NCBI GenBank assembly: GCA_041657425.1
Contig: JBBABY010000001.1
Coordinates: 85,510-149,509 of the forward strand
Reading direction: 5' to 3'
Origin: an archaeon
GTDB taxonomy: Archaea > Iainarchaeota > Iainarchaeia > Iainarchaeales > CSSED10-239
Length of the DNA stretch: 64,000 bases
In this document: one piece after another, positions 9,313-18,904 of the stretch
Layout of the letters: every line of letters begins with the position of its first letter
How positions within the stretch are numbered: position 1 is the first letter of the stretch
The notes under the pieces: generated by a model
What the model was told of the DNA's origin: nothing
Databases searched by the model: none
What the model saw: the letters and a program-made list of their open reading frames with translations, nothing else
Made by a program: the position numbers and the translations under genes

Positions 9313-11157
9313 TTATTTATCATCAACAGTATAGTCCGCATCTACTGTTTTACCTTTATCTTTTCCTTTCTCTTCTTCTTTTGGTTCTTCTTGTTCTTGA
9401 GAAGCTTGACCTTGAGAAGCGTTTTGATAAAGCTTCTTTGATACTTCATAAACCTTTGACTGAAGAGCATTTGTTTTTTCTTCTAAGTCTTCTGCATCAG
9501 TTTCAATTGATGTTTTTAATTCCTCTTTTAATCTTTTTATTTCTTCTACATCTTCAGGAGAAAGTTTATCCTTTGCTTCCTCAAGAACTGAATCAACTGA
9601 ATAGATAAGAGTTTCTGCTTTATGTCTTACTTCAATTTTTTCTTGAGTCTTCTTATCTTCATCTGCATGTTCTTCTGCTTCTTTTTTCATTCTTTCAATT
9701 TCTTCTTTTGTTAATGATGTTGAAGAAGTAATTTTTATTGTTTGGACTTTTCCGGTCCCTAAATCTTTTGCTGAAACATTGATTATTCCATTTGCATCAA
9801 TATCAAAAGTTACTTCAATTTGAGGAACACCTCTTGGTGCTGGAGGTATACCAACTAACTGGAATCTTCCTAGTGTCAAATTATCTTTTGCAAGTGGCCT
9901 TTCACCTTGAAGAACGTGAATGTCAACAGATGTCTGAGAATCTGAAGCTGTTGAAAAGATTTGTGATTTCTTTGTTGGAATTGTTGTGTTTCTTTCTAGT
10001 AACTTTGTAAAGACACCACCTAGTGTTTCTATTCCCATTGATAATGGAGTGACATCAAGAAGAAGAATATCTTTAACTTCTCCTTGAAGAATTGCGCCTT
10101 GGATTGCGGCACCCATTGCTACTACTTCATCTGGATTAATTGATTTGTTTGCTTTCTTTCCTGTTAATTTTTCAACTAACTCTACAACCTTTGGAATTCT
10201 TGTTGAACCTCCAACTAAGATTACTTCATCAATCTTAGAAATATCTAACTTTGAATCAGCAATTGCTTGCTTTGTTGGAATTCCTAATCTTTTAAAAATG
10301 TCTGCACACATGTCTTCAAGCTTTGCTCTTGTTAGTTCTACATTTAAGTGTTTTGGACCTTCAGGAGTTGCTGTAACATATGGAATATTTATTGTTGCTT
10401 TTAGAGTTGTTGATAATTCTATCTTTACTTTTTCTGCTTCATCTTTTAATCTCTGCATTGCCATTTTATCTTTTGTTAAATCAATTCCTTCTTTCTTTTT
10501 AAACTCATTTGCTAAATAATCAATTATCTTTTGATCAATATCGTCTCCACCTAAATGATTGTCGCCAGCTGTTGATTTAACTTCAAACACGCCGTCTGAT
10601 AGTTCTAAGATTGAAACATCAAAAGTGCCTCCACCAAAATCAAAGACAAGGATGGTGTGCGCATGTTTCTTGTCAAGACCATAAGCTAGAGCCGCTGCTG
10701 TTGGTTCATTAATTATTCTTAAAACTTCTAAACCTGCAATCTCTCCAGCAGCCTTTGTTGCTTTCCTTTGAGCATCTGAGAAATATGCAGGAACTGTGAT
10801 TACTGCCTTTGTTATCTTTTGGCCTAGTTGTTCCTCTGCATCTTTTTTTAATTTCTGTAAAATATATGCAGAAATTTGTTCTGGAGATTGTGGTTTTCCC
10901 CCAAGCATTACTTTCTCATTTGTACCCATTTTTCTTTTAATAGAATAAATAGTATTATCTGTGTTAACTACGGCTTGTCTTTTTGCAAGAGCACCCACGA
11001 TTATTTCGCCATTACTTAGACCAACAACAGACGGAGTAATCCTTGCGCCTTCAGTGTTAATTATTACCTTTGGTTGTCCTGCTTCAACAATAGAAACTGC
11101 AGAATATGTTGTTCCTAAATCAATACCTATTACTTTTGAATTGTCTTTATTTACCAT
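9313..11157 (-). CDS. dnaK: Chaperone DnaK (Hsp70)
   Basis: [38 protein letters not shown] and an acidic C-terminal tail. The ORF-track start (11166) is a GTG inside an AAGGTGAT Shine-Dalgarno-like motif, so the ATG 9 nt downstream was chosen. Confidence 0.95.
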   Translation of the reverse strand: MVNKDNSKVIGIDLGTTYSAVSIVEAGQPKVIINTEGARITPSVVGLSNGEIIVGALAKRQAVVNTDNTIYSIKRKMGTNEKVMLGGKPQSPEQISAYILQKLKKDAEEQLGQKITKAVITVPAYFSDAQRKATKAAGEIAGLEVLRIINEPTAAALAYGLDKKHAHTILVFDFGGGTFDVSILELSDGVFEVKSTAGDNHLGGDDIDQKIIDYLANEFKKKEGIDLTKDKMAMQRLKDEAEKVKIELSTTLKATINIPYVTATPEGPKHLNVELTRAKLEDMCADIFKRLGIPTKQAIADSKLDISKIDEVILVGGSTRIPKVVELVEKLTGKKANKSINPDEVVAMGAAIQGAILQGEVKDILLLDVTPLSMGIETLGGVFTKLLERNTTIPTKKSQIFSTASDSQTSVDIHVLQGERPLAKDNLTLGRFQLVGIPPAPRGVPQIEVTFDIDANGIINVSAKDLGTGKVQTIKITSSTSLTKEEIERMKKEAEEHADEDKKTQEKIEVRHKAETLIYSVDSVLEEAKDKLSPEDVEEIKRLKEELKTSIETDAEDLEEKTNALQSKVYEVSKKLYQNASQGQASQEQEEPKEEEKGKDKGKTVDADYTVDDK

Positions 11158-11169
11158 ATTTATCACCTT

Positions 11170-11685
11170 TTATTTTTTAATTTCTTCTTTAATTTTATAA
11201 ATGCCAACAATTACTTTTGCTGGTTTTACTAATCTCTTGTTTTGAAAATACCCTTCTTCTATTATTGTAATTACTTTATTATTATATTTCTCATCTTCTA
11301 CTTCTTGTTGTAGAATACAATCACTTGTGTTATGATCAAAAACTTTTCCTAGAACATCAATCTTCTCTAGATTAAATCTTTTTAGAGTTACATCATAGTT
11401 AATTAAAAGATGAGTCAATGTATCTTTTAGCTTTTCATCAGTTTCTGCAGAGATTGCTTTTGCTAATATATCTCTGTAACCCAGAAAATCATTAAAAATT
11501 CTTGAAGATTCCATAAAAACTATTTCTCTGGTCTCTCTTTCTATTCTATTCTTATAATTAATAAACTCAGCTTGAGATCTTTGAAGAAGATTTAGATATT
11601 CTTTTGAAAGATTATCTTGTTCTTCAAGTTTTTTCTTTATTAATTCTATTTGTTCTTGAACTGTTATTTCATTATCTGCACTCAT
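11170..11685 (-). CDS. grpE: Nucleotide exchange factor GrpE
   Basis: 171 aa with a coiled-coil N-terminus and a GrpE-like C-terminal part. Classical grpE-dnaK-dnaJ order, with 12 nt before dnaK. Confidence 0.8.
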   Translation of the reverse strand: MSADNEITVQEQIELIKKKLEEQDNLSKEYLNLLQRSQAEFINYKNRIERETREIVFMESSRIFNDFLGYRDILAKAISAETDEKLKDTLTHLLINYDVTLKRFNLEKIDVLGKVFDHNTSDCILQQEVEDEKYNNKVITIIEEGYFQNKRLVKPAKVIVGIYKIKEEIKK

Positions 11686-11839
11686 GGTTAATCTTTAATT
11701 TTTATTTTATTACTAAATCGTTTCTTTGGATAAAATTATTTATCCTTTACTCTAATGTATTAATGTAGCAAAACTAATAAATGCTTTTTGCTGTCTAGTT
11801 TATAATAATTTGCTTTTTTAGGGGTGTTTTGGAGAAGAA

Positions 11840-12256
11840 TTAGATAATTTTCACTGACATTTCTTCTCCTTTACTATTATATGCCACAAAACTTTCTGGA
11901 GAGTATGGATAGTGAGCAATTATGTTTATAGATTTACTGGAAAAGAAACGAAGGTCTGCAGTTGAGGGATGGGAATAGTTATTTGGATGAGAATGAACTG
12001 AGCCTATAACAGATAATGACATAGGCACAAGATCCGTTCTTATGCTAGAAGAAAATAAATTATTGGTGGTTGCGGGAATGATATAAATATCGTCAATTAT
12101 CTTATCATCTTTATCTCCTACAAGCATTCCACTAAACTCATTTGGATAAGCAGCTTTTGCAAGTTCCATAATTGAAAGAACTATGTTTTTCTTTATTTTC
12201 CAAATATCTGTCACATTATCAAATCCATTAAATAAAAAATAAAATTGTAGGCACAA
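11840..12256 (-). CDS. JAB1/MPN/Mov34 (JAMM) metalloprotease; start uncertain
   Basis: AYPNEFSGMLVG (active-site Glu) and GSVHSHPNNYSHPSTADL (HxHx7SxxD JAMM motif). The upstream-most start overlaps the preceding gene by 29 nt. Confidence 0.8.
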   Translation of the reverse strand: MCLQFYFLFNGFDNVTDIWKIKKNIVLSIMELAKAAYPNEFSGMLVGDKDDKIIDDIYIIPATTNNLFSSSIRTDLVPMSLSVIGSVHSHPNNYSHPSTADLRFFSSKSINIIAHYPYSPESFVAYNSKGEEMSVKII

Positions 12257-13421
12257 TTAAATAAGACATAAGAAACAATTTGTTTTTATTATAAACTATT
12301 GGCAAGAAACCTATTGCACAAGAAAGAATAATCAGAAATACACTCCAAACATTAGTGATTGCAATAATCAATCCTACTGAGAAAAGAATAACACTTAAAT
12401 TTACTTTTGTATGATCGAAAGTCGAAATACAAGAAATGATTGGAAACGAGAAATAAAACAAGAACAAGCAGGTGGCGCCAATCACTAACAGAAAAACAAA
12501 ACCTAAAAGAAAGATATCAGGAATTGAGAAACTAGCAATCACTCCTTGCTCTAGCAAAATTGACACAAAACCTATTCTGGACTTTCTAAATGTAATTGCC
12601 ATAAAAAAATAAATCAAGATTACAGAGATTAGAGTACTTGAAAAAAGAATTAGTTTTTCGGTAGAGTTATCTTTTTCTTTAAACAATGAAGACAAGCCCA
12701 TGGACAGCCCAGGACTTATGGATGGAACAATCGCAATAATACTAGAGAAAAGGGTGCCTAAAAAAGAATTATAGAGAATCATCTTTAAACTCACTATTTC
12801 TTGGACAAACTTGGATCGATTATCTGTTCCCGAAATCTTGAAATAAAGCATTAACAACTGAGGCAAGGCAAATAATCCAAAGATACACGGGAGAAGGGGC
12901 CCCGAAAAAAAGAAATTATACTTTAGTGTTAGTACCCCTAACGTTCCAGAAAAAAGAATGATCAGAAAAGCAAGCACTTTTCCAGAAATTGATTCTTGTT
13001 GAAAAATAAGATGAATTAAAATTAAAAACAACACTCCAAAAATCAGAACATAGAAATCAGAGAATAATACAAAAAGAACATAAAAAAGTGGCAAGAACAA
13101 AACTGCAAAAATCCCTCCAAAAATAAAACCATAAAGGAAAAGAGTTATTTGGGATTTAATCTCAGAGACTGAAGAACTGCTTGCGCGTCCAAGAAATAGT
13201 GCAAAGGTGTCACTAGTCTGTGTCCTAAATAACAATAATGGCAGTATCCCAGTAATGGTCATTGAAACAGCAATTGAAAAAAATAAATAAAAAGAATCCG
13301 GAAAAATCGAAAACACGCCCGCTGCGCACAAAAGATAAGCCAGAAGATTTATGTGAAAATTTGGAATTAATCCAAAGATTATTCCAAGCGCAGTCCCAAG
13401 AAGAATTTCAAAAAATAACAT
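12228..13421 (-). CDS. Polytopic membrane protein, possibly TctA/DUF112 family permease
   Basis: 397 aa with about 10 or more hydrophobic segments. Two half-repeats carry G-x-I-P-like loops (GIIFGLIPNFHINLL; AIVPSISPGLSMGL) reminiscent of TctA. The family assignment is tentative. Confidence 0.4.
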   Translation of the reverse strand: MLFFEILLGTALGIIFGLIPNFHINLLAYLLCAAGVFSIFPDSFYLFFSIAVSMTITGILPLLLFRTQTSDTFALFLGRASSSSVSEIKSQITLFLYGFIFGGIFAVLFLPLFYVLFVLFSDFYVLIFGVLFLILIHLIFQQESISGKVLAFLIILFSGTLGVLTLKYNFFFSGPLLPCIFGLFALPQLLMLYFKISGTDNRSKFVQEIVSLKMILYNSFLGTLFSSIIAIVPSISPGLSMGLSSLFKEKDNSTEKLILFSSTLISVILIYFFMAITFRKSRIGFVSILLEQGVIASFSIPDIFLLGFVFLLVIGATCLFLFYFSFPIISCISTFDHTKVNLSVILFSVGLIIAITNVWSVFLIILSCAIGFLPIVYNKNKLFLMSYLIVPTILFFI

Positions 13422-13440
13422 AATCCTTTCTCTCCAGTTA

Positions 13441-13833
13441 TTATGAATAATCGAGATTATTTACTTCGAAATATATTTTATAAATAACTATCTCTGAAAC
13501 GCCATAATACTTTTCAAATCTGGCTTTTACTTTTATTTGAAGATTGTCACGCATAGCCGTTTTTAATTTCTCAATTATGCGTGTGCTCGGATTGAAATAA
13601 ACCGCTTTAATACAATTACTAGAATCACAAAACTCGAAAAATAAAGTATTTGATTTCACTTCTATGGATTTAATCTGACCAATTACAACGTACACTGATT
13701 CTTTTATATCTCCTGACAACAAATCAGAAACTATAACTTCAGCACACTCAAAGAAATAAGTAATTATAAATAATCCAAGTAATCCAAAAATACAAGTGAA
13801 GATTATTATCTTTCTAAAATCATCATCAAACAT
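13441..13833 (-). CDS. Membrane-anchored OB-fold (tRNA_anti-like nucleic-acid-binding fold) protein
   Basis: N-terminal TM IIIFTCIFGLLGLFIITYFF. It is followed by the pattern VYVVIGQIKSIEVKSNTLFFEFCDSSNCIKAVYF...LQIKVKARFEKYYGVSEIVIYKI, typical of PF01336-type OB folds. Confidence 0.5.
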   Translation of the reverse strand: MFDDDFRKIIIFTCIFGLLGLFIITYFFECAEVIVSDLLSGDIKESVYVVIGQIKSIEVKSNTLFFEFCDSSNCIKAVYFNPSTRIIEKLKTAMRDNLQIKVKARFEKYYGVSEIVIYKIYFEVNNLDYS

Positions 13834-14419
13834 TTCTCTTCTTTTTAGAGATGCTTGTGTTTTTTCTTGCTTTTATTTGTTTTGGTTTGATTTTTTGTAA
13901 TTTCGCAACTTTTGGTAAAATTTTAGAGTTATCACAAATTACATCAATTACTGCAATTGGCTTTCTAAAAATGGTGTTATCTAACTTTAAAGATACAATT
14001 GCTTTATGGTTTAATTTCTTAGTGGTTTCAATAGTATAAATTTTATTTAAATTATGAAATGGATCGAGTATCTTTACTTGCGCGGTTTTTTGTGTCGAAA
14101 AAATCACTTCTCCAAAGGTCGTGTTAAATAGTATCTTGGAACAATATAGAAATGCAACCAAAATACAAGTTAAGATTATCATATAAGTAAGACTAGTTAA
14201 ATAACCAGCAATTAAGAAAAGAACGGACAGAACCAGAAAGCCAATCCCGTTAAAGAAAAACTTTGTTCTGTTATATTCAAACTCCGGAAGTATCAATAAT
14301 CCAAATAAAAATAATAAGCAAATCAATAAAATTTTCAAAAATAAATTATGTGGCACGAACAAATTAACAAAAACACTAATTAAGAAAAACAATTGAAATA
14401 ATAAATATCGTCCATTCAT
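13826..14419 (-). CDS. Membrane protein with four predicted TM segments and a soluble C-terminal beta-rich domain plus basic tail; function unknown
   Basis: The ORF-track start at 14491 overlaps the upstream pilin-like gene by 56 nt. The internal ATG at 14419 (MNGRYLLFQLFF) leaves a 16-nt gap and was chosen instead. Confidence 0.5.
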   Translation of the reverse strand: MNGRYLLFQLFFLISVFVNLFVPHNLFLKILLICLLFLFGLLILPEFEYNRTKFFFNGIGFLVLSVLFLIAGYLTSLTYMIILTCILVAFLYCSKILFNTTFGEVIFSTQKTAQVKILDPFHNLNKIYTIETTKKLNHKAIVSLKLDNTIFRKPIAVIDVICDNSKILPKVAKLQKIKPKQIKARKNTSISKKKRNV

Positions 14420-14435
14420 GTAATTTTCCTTTATT

Positions 14436-14795
14436 TTAATTAATATAAATAAATGCCAAATTGATATTATTGAAATCAGTTGATCTCTCAAGAGTTGTTA
14501 TAGTTGTAGAGTAATTGTCATCAGACAGATTAAAATCTTCGCTGTTTCGGTTTATATATAGCATTAGAGAAAGATTAGAATCATTAACTGAATAGTCAAT
14601 TTTATCCAATTGTGCTCTAGAATCCATTGTTGAGAAAATATCTAGAGTCCTTAATTTTACTTTTGAAATTGATTTGTTGACGTTTGTTGTACCAAAGATG
14701 GAATTTGAAAAAAATATAGTTAATAATAGCATGATCCCTATTACTATAACAAACTCTAAACTTACTTGTGCTTTCTTATTCATGTATTTTCTCAT
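14436..14795 (-). CDS. Pilin-like protein with class III (type IV prepilin) signal peptide
   Basis: MRKYMNKKA-QVSLEFVIVIGIMLLL: basic N-terminus, KA/Q junction, Glu at +5, hydrophobic helix. Confidence 0.7.
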   Translation of the reverse strand: MRKYMNKKAQVSLEFVIVIGIMLLLTIFFSNSIFGTTNVNKSISKVKLRTLDIFSTMDSRAQLDKIDYSVNDSNLSLMLYINRNSEDFNLSDDNYSTTITTLERSTDFNNINLAFIYIN

Positions 14796-14797
14796 TT

Positions 14798-15259
14798 TTA
14801 TTCTGGGATGATTGAAATTTCGCCAGTATTTGTTTTCTGAATCTCTACTGTGCCTCTATATCCTGGCCCTATCTTGTCACAGGTAACACTTTGGTTAGTA
14901 TAGATGTCTCTTTTAAAGTTGCAAACCCCGTTACTATCACAACCTGTCGGTATTGGGTTTTGCTTTGAGATAGTTATTGTATAGTCTATTTCGCTAGCTG
15001 TAGCATTACAATCTAGCGTTGTATTATTTGGCAAATAGAAATAAACTTGTCTTTTACCATAACCTTCTTGACTTGCTAACTGCTCTATGTTTGAAGATAA
15101 GCTATCTATGTTCTTTTTGGTTAAGACAATTGCTTGCGTGTCTTTTAATACATTTTCTGAAAACTCAATTGATGGGAGTATCATTGATTGAAAGAATAAT
15201 AAAAATATCGCAAGTAATATTATTAATTCAATTGCAAGTTGTCCTTTTTTGTTTAACAT
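14798..15259 (-). CDS. Pilin-like protein with class III signal peptide
   Basis: MLNKKG-QLAIELIILLAIFLLFF. Confidence 0.7.
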   Translation of the reverse strand: MLNKKGQLAIELIILLAIFLLFFQSMILPSIEFSENVLKDTQAIVLTKKNIDSLSSNIEQLASQEGYGKRQVYFYLPNNTTLDCNATASEIDYTITISKQNPIPTGCDSNGVCNFKRDIYTNQSVTCDKIGPGYRGTVEIQKTNTGEISIIPE

Positions 15260-15273
15260 ATTTGTTTCCTAAT

Positions 15274-16380
15274 TTAAAATAATATAATTAATATAAATGC
15301 GAGAAGAACTGCCGGAGTAAATGCAATCGTCTTCTTTAGATATATTTTATTGTCTATTAATTTATAGTTATACATCTCTTTTAAAAATACTATGTCTTTA
15401 GGGGTTATCCCGCAGGCTTTATTAGAATCAATTTTTAGGCCCTTGTAATAGGTTCCATTTGCCATTTCCATTACTCTTTTTAAGAATCCTTGTTTTTTTA
15501 ATATTAGTTTTCTTCTAGAATAATAGTAATTCTCTGTAGGGATATCTCCTTCTTTTAATTGCGCAATTGTCTTTATCTCCACAAACACCTTATCTTTGAT
15601 GAATCTGTAATAGATAATGACTACTGAAAATAAAAATATAAATAATAATGTATTGATTACAGTTATTCCTAGATTATAGGTTAATTGAGTATTTGTTAAG
15701 ATAAATAAAAAAAACATAACCAAGTATCCTGAAAAAACAACTAAATAAAATAACTGTTTTTTGATTTGTAAGCAAAAAATGAGATAAGTTAATACAAACG
15801 ACAACACTAGTGTATAAAATATACTTGAAAAATCACATAAGAAAAGGATTAATCCCACTAAAGTAACAACTAGAACTGAATCAAATATTAACCTCAGATT
15901 TTGTTTTGAGAAAATCTCTTTTATCACAACTAACAAATATCTTTTTTTGAATAACAAGTATTTAGAATAGATAAATATCCACGGAAGTGTCATAAACACA
16001 CTTGTAAAGAATAAAAGGATTGGAAAGATAGGGAGTTGCATTATCTTTTCTTGGCCTATATTAAATAACTGTAATGTGGCGCTTCCACTAGGCACTAGAA
16101 ACGCCATAGCGATAAATAACTTTACGTCTCCTCCAGCAATCACTCCAAATTCCCAAAGCAAAAAGAAAACAATAAAAGAAATGATTACTGAATACAAAAG
16201 AGAAAGTAAAGAAGAATAGTTCTTAGTATAAACTGCAAAAATCACATTGAATACTAGCCCAAACACCAAGAAAAACAAAATTAGTTTATTAGATATAGTT
16301 CTAGTTTTAAAATCAGAATAAGACGCAATTAATAGAAATACAAAAACAAAGAAGATAATAACTATATTAGCATATAACAT
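15274..16380 (-). CDS. Type IV prepilin peptidase (A24 aspartyl protease; PibD/EppA/FlaK family)
   Basis: Polytopic. First catalytic Asp context ASYSDFKTRTISN, second GVIAGGDVKLFIAMAF (GxGD-like). Carries an extra soluble insertion and extension near the C-terminus. Confidence 0.85.
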   Translation of the reverse strand: MLYANIVIIFFVFVFLLIASYSDFKTRTISNKLILFFLVFGLVFNVIFAVYTKNYSSLLSLLYSVIISFIVFFLLWEFGVIAGGDVKLFIAMAFLVPSGSATLQLFNIGQEKIMQLPIFPILLFFTSVFMTLPWIFIYSKYLLFKKRYLLVVIKEIFSKQNLRLIFDSVLVVTLVGLILFLCDFSSIFYTLVLSFVLTYLIFCLQIKKQLFYLVVFSGYLVMFFLFILTNTQLTYNLGITVINTLLFIFLFSVVIIYYRFIKDKVFVEIKTIAQLKEGDIPTENYYYSRRKLILKKQGFLKRVMEMANGTYYKGLKIDSNKACGITPKDIVFLKEMYNYKLIDNKIYLKKTIAFTPAVLLAFILIILF

Positions 16381-16405
16381 ATTTTTCTTAATTTTTTATT
16401 TAAAA

Positions 16406-16588
16406 CTACATTGTTACTAGGATATTATCTCTATAATTTAGTATCTTTGCTTTAGCAACAGATATTAGAACACTTAAATTAACTATCATAATTCCAGTAA
16501 TAATAACAAGCATTACTCCAAAGACAATCATAATTAGGTACTCTAGAGAAACCTGTGCTTTATTGTCGTTAAGTAATGTTTTAATCAT
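16406..16588 (-). CDS. Short pilin-like protein with class III signal peptide
   Basis: MIKTLLNDNKA-QVSLEYLIMIVFGVMLVII. Confidence 0.65.
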   Translation of the reverse strand: MIKTLLNDNKAQVSLEYLIMIVFGVMLVIITGIMIVNLSVLISVAKAKILNYRDNILVTM

Positions 16589-16605
16589 ATTTTATACAAT
16601 TTCTC

Positions 16606-17052
16606 CTAATTATGCGCAGTACAATTTGAACTTGGCGCGGATGGTTGTGAGTATGCTACAGTTGGTGCTGTTTTCTTTGCAATCAAGGAGTAATTATATT
16701 TCGTCCCTGCATTCATTGAATTAGTGTATACTAATGTATTAGCTTTTGGACGACAATTACTAAGATCTGGAATCCCTTCTTTAGTCACACAATACTCGGT
16801 CACTCCATCCGTTGGAGAGAGATTAATAGTAAATGTTACAGCAGTCGTACTACAATCCACTGCAAGAATAATTGGTGAAATTATTGTATTATCCAAAAAA
16901 TTCTCATACTTTTCGTTTTGTTTAGAAGTATTATCTGTGCTTTTACTACTCATAGAAATAATAATAGACACAACTATCACTGCAACAAGAATTGCGCCTC
17001 CTATAATTAGTAAATATTCTATTGCGCCTTGTCCTTTAGTTTTTAAGTTCAT
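16606..17052 (-). CDS. Type IV pilin-like protein
   Basis: MNLKTKG-QGAIEYLLIIGGAILVAVIVV followed by a Thr/Ser-rich globular domain. Confidence 0.75.
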   Translation of the reverse strand: MNLKTKGQGAIEYLLIIGGAILVAVIVVSIIISMSSKSTDNTSKQNEKYENFLDNTIISPIILAVDCSTTAVTFTINLSPTDGVTEYCVTKEGIPDLSNCRPKANTLVYTNSMNAGTKYNYSLIAKKTAPTVAYSQPSAPSSNCTAHN

Positions 17053-17133
17053 ATTATTCCTTTAAATTAATTAATAAAAAAATTAAAATGAGTGTTTTAA
17101 AACACTCAAATTTATACTACTTCAGTTATTAAT

Positions 17134-17634
17134 CTATGGATATACGAAATTATATTTCATAGATGTTGCTGATTTTGATTGACCTGCAGCTGATGTTGCT
17201 GTTGCGACTAATTCTACAGAATATGCGTGAGAAGTGGCACAATCTAATGCTGGAGTCCATCTCTCTGAATTGAAGACAATTTCATCTCCGCTAGCAGGTA
17301 TATCGACATCAGATGTTAATACTGTTACTCCGTTTGCCTCATATAAATTTGCAGCATAAGTTACGTTCGTTGAATCTGCAACTGCTCCTGTATAAATTAG
17401 GCGTAATTCTAGCTTTTTATCATCAGCTGAACATGAAACAACTGCAACGCTTGTAAGTGTTGGTGGGGTTGGTGTTGATAAAACATCTGTTGCTTTTCTT
17501 GCTTGTGTTTCAACATTTGATTTGTTTTGACCGCCCATTCCTACAAGTAATGCAATTACAATTACTGCAATTAATACTGCACCACCGATAAGTAATAGGT
17601 ATTCAAGTGCTCCTTGTCCTTTATTAAACTTCAT
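17134..17634 (-). CDS. Type IV pilin-like protein (candidate major pilin)
   Basis: MKFNKG-QGALEYLLLIGGAVLIAVIVIALLV. It has its own long AT-rich upstream region, and its codon usage is visibly more GC-rich and biased. Confidence 0.75.
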   Translation of the reverse strand: MKFNKGQGALEYLLLIGGAVLIAVIVIALLVGMGGQNKSNVETQARKATDVLSTPTPPTLTSVAVVSCSADDKKLELRLIYTGAVADSTNVTYAANLYEANGVTVLTSDVDIPASGDEIVFNSERWTPALDCATSHAYSVELVATATSAAGQSKSATSMKYNFVYP

Positions 17635-17750
17635 TTTATATTCCTCCTTTGAAATATCTTTTTATTTTTTTAATATTATTTATTATATCTTTTATATATA
17701 ATAAAATCATTACTAATTATTGTTGTCGATTATATTTATATACCTTTCGG

Positions 17751-17769
17751 TTTAGTTTGGCAAACTAAA
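17751..17769. promoter_or_regulatory. Perfect 9+1+9 palindrome TTTAGTTTG-G-CAAACTAAA between a minor pilin gene and the candidate major pilin gene
   Basis: Read directly from the sequence. It lies 38 nt after the stop of 17807..17989 and 117 nt upstream of the ATG at 17634. Confidence 0.4.
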
Positions 17770-17806
17770 TTAGGTGCTTAACATCAACAATTGTGTGTGC
17801 AAGAAA

Positions 17807-17989
17807 TTAAATTTTCCCCGCGGTGCTTGCGTCTTGATATCCTTTTATTTTTACACTATTCTTGTAAGACATCTGTTTTAAATAATAACCAACAAGAATT
17901 GCAGCAAGAACTATAATCCCTACAATTAACAATGCTTCTACGCTTACTTGTCCTTTTTTTTCTTTAATTAATTTATTTAGTGTATTCAT
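17807..17989 (-). CDS. Short pilin-like protein with class III signal peptide
   Basis: MNTLNKLIKEKKG-QVSVEALLIVGIIVLAAILVGYY. Confidence 0.7.
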   Translation of the reverse strand: MNTLNKLIKEKKGQVSVEALLIVGIIVLAAILVGYYLKQMSYKNSVKIKGYQDASTAGKI

Positions 17990-17992
17990 AAT

Positions 17993-18901
17993 TTATGCCG
18001 CCATTGTAAGCATTCCGGAGATTAAAACTTGTGCTCCCCAATATATTAAATATGCAATTATAATCATAATTGGAAAAAATATAATTGCATTTGTAAATTT
18101 TCCTTCTCTCATTAAACTAATAATTACAGCAGCTGCTGCAACTTCTAATAACACATACAAATCTAACAATAACACCATTATTACTTGTGTTGCCTTTGAA
18201 ATTTCTAATGCTTCAGCAGAAGCAATTCCCGAAGTTGTTGCAACTGTTGTTAAAAACTGGGTAATTACATTTGTTAAACCAAAAATAAACGGAGCAATAA
18301 CAGCACCTGCTGCAAAAATAAAAATTGTCTGAAGCATTGTCTTAGTTTCTCTTTCTTTTTTAATTCTAAACATTTGCTTGGTGTCACTTGCAATATCTTC
18401 TAAAACTTCTGATAATTGTGCACCAGTTTTCAAACATTCCTGGATCAAAGTAATTGTTCTTCTAACTATTTTTGATTCTATCCTTAGAGCCATATGATCT
18501 AATGCTTGAGACATATTATCTCCCATTTCTAATCTTCTAACAATTTCATTAAATTCGTTAGACAATGGACCAAAATCAGCAGAACTTACTTCTCTTAAAG
18601 CATAATCAAAAGAAGACCCAGATTTCATAGTGTCTGCAATCAATCTTAAAGCTTCTGGCCAATATCTTTCAATCTCTCCAAGATTCTTATTATACATATA
18701 ATAAGGAATACCTATTCCTAAATCTAAAATGATTGTAGCAACTAAAAATCCTAGTTTTGAATTTATTAAAAATACAAGCCCTCCAAGAACTATAGAGGCC
18801 ATAACAAAGAACGCAATCCAATATAATGCAGGTATCTTTAACTTAATTGAATAAAGATATATTTGGTATTTGTCTAATAGTTTTGACATTCTTTTTATCA
18901 C
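17993..18901 (-). CDS. Type IV pilus/archaellum-type membrane platform protein (T2SSF/TadC/FlaJ-like)
   Basis: 302 aa. Cytoplasmic helical T2SSF-like domain (GSSFDYALREVSSADFGPLSNEFNEIVRRLEMGDNMSQALDHMALR) flanked by TM segments. Confidence 0.8.
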   Translation of the reverse strand: MIKRMSKLLDKYQIYLYSIKLKIPALYWIAFFVMASIVLGGLVFLINSKLGFLVATIILDLGIGIPYYMYNKNLGEIERYWPEALRLIADTMKSGSSFDYALREVSSADFGPLSNEFNEIVRRLEMGDNMSQALDHMALRIESKIVRRTITLIQECLKTGAQLSEVLEDIASDTKQMFRIKKERETKTMLQTIFIFAAGAVIAPFIFGLTNVITQFLTTVATTSGIASAEALEISKATQVIMVLLLDLYVLLEVAAAAVIISLMREGKFTNAIIFFPIMIIIAYLIYWGAQVLISGMLTMAA

Positions 18902-18904
18902 ATT

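Noticed and set aside
12228-14419. Considered whether the TM-OB-fold protein plus the adjacent 397-aa polytopic protein form a split ComEC-like DNA channel.
   Set aside because: The 397-aa protein shows the duplicated G-x-(I/L)-P loop pattern of TctA/DUF112 permeases rather than ComEC competence-domain features. Only the OB-fold observation is retained.
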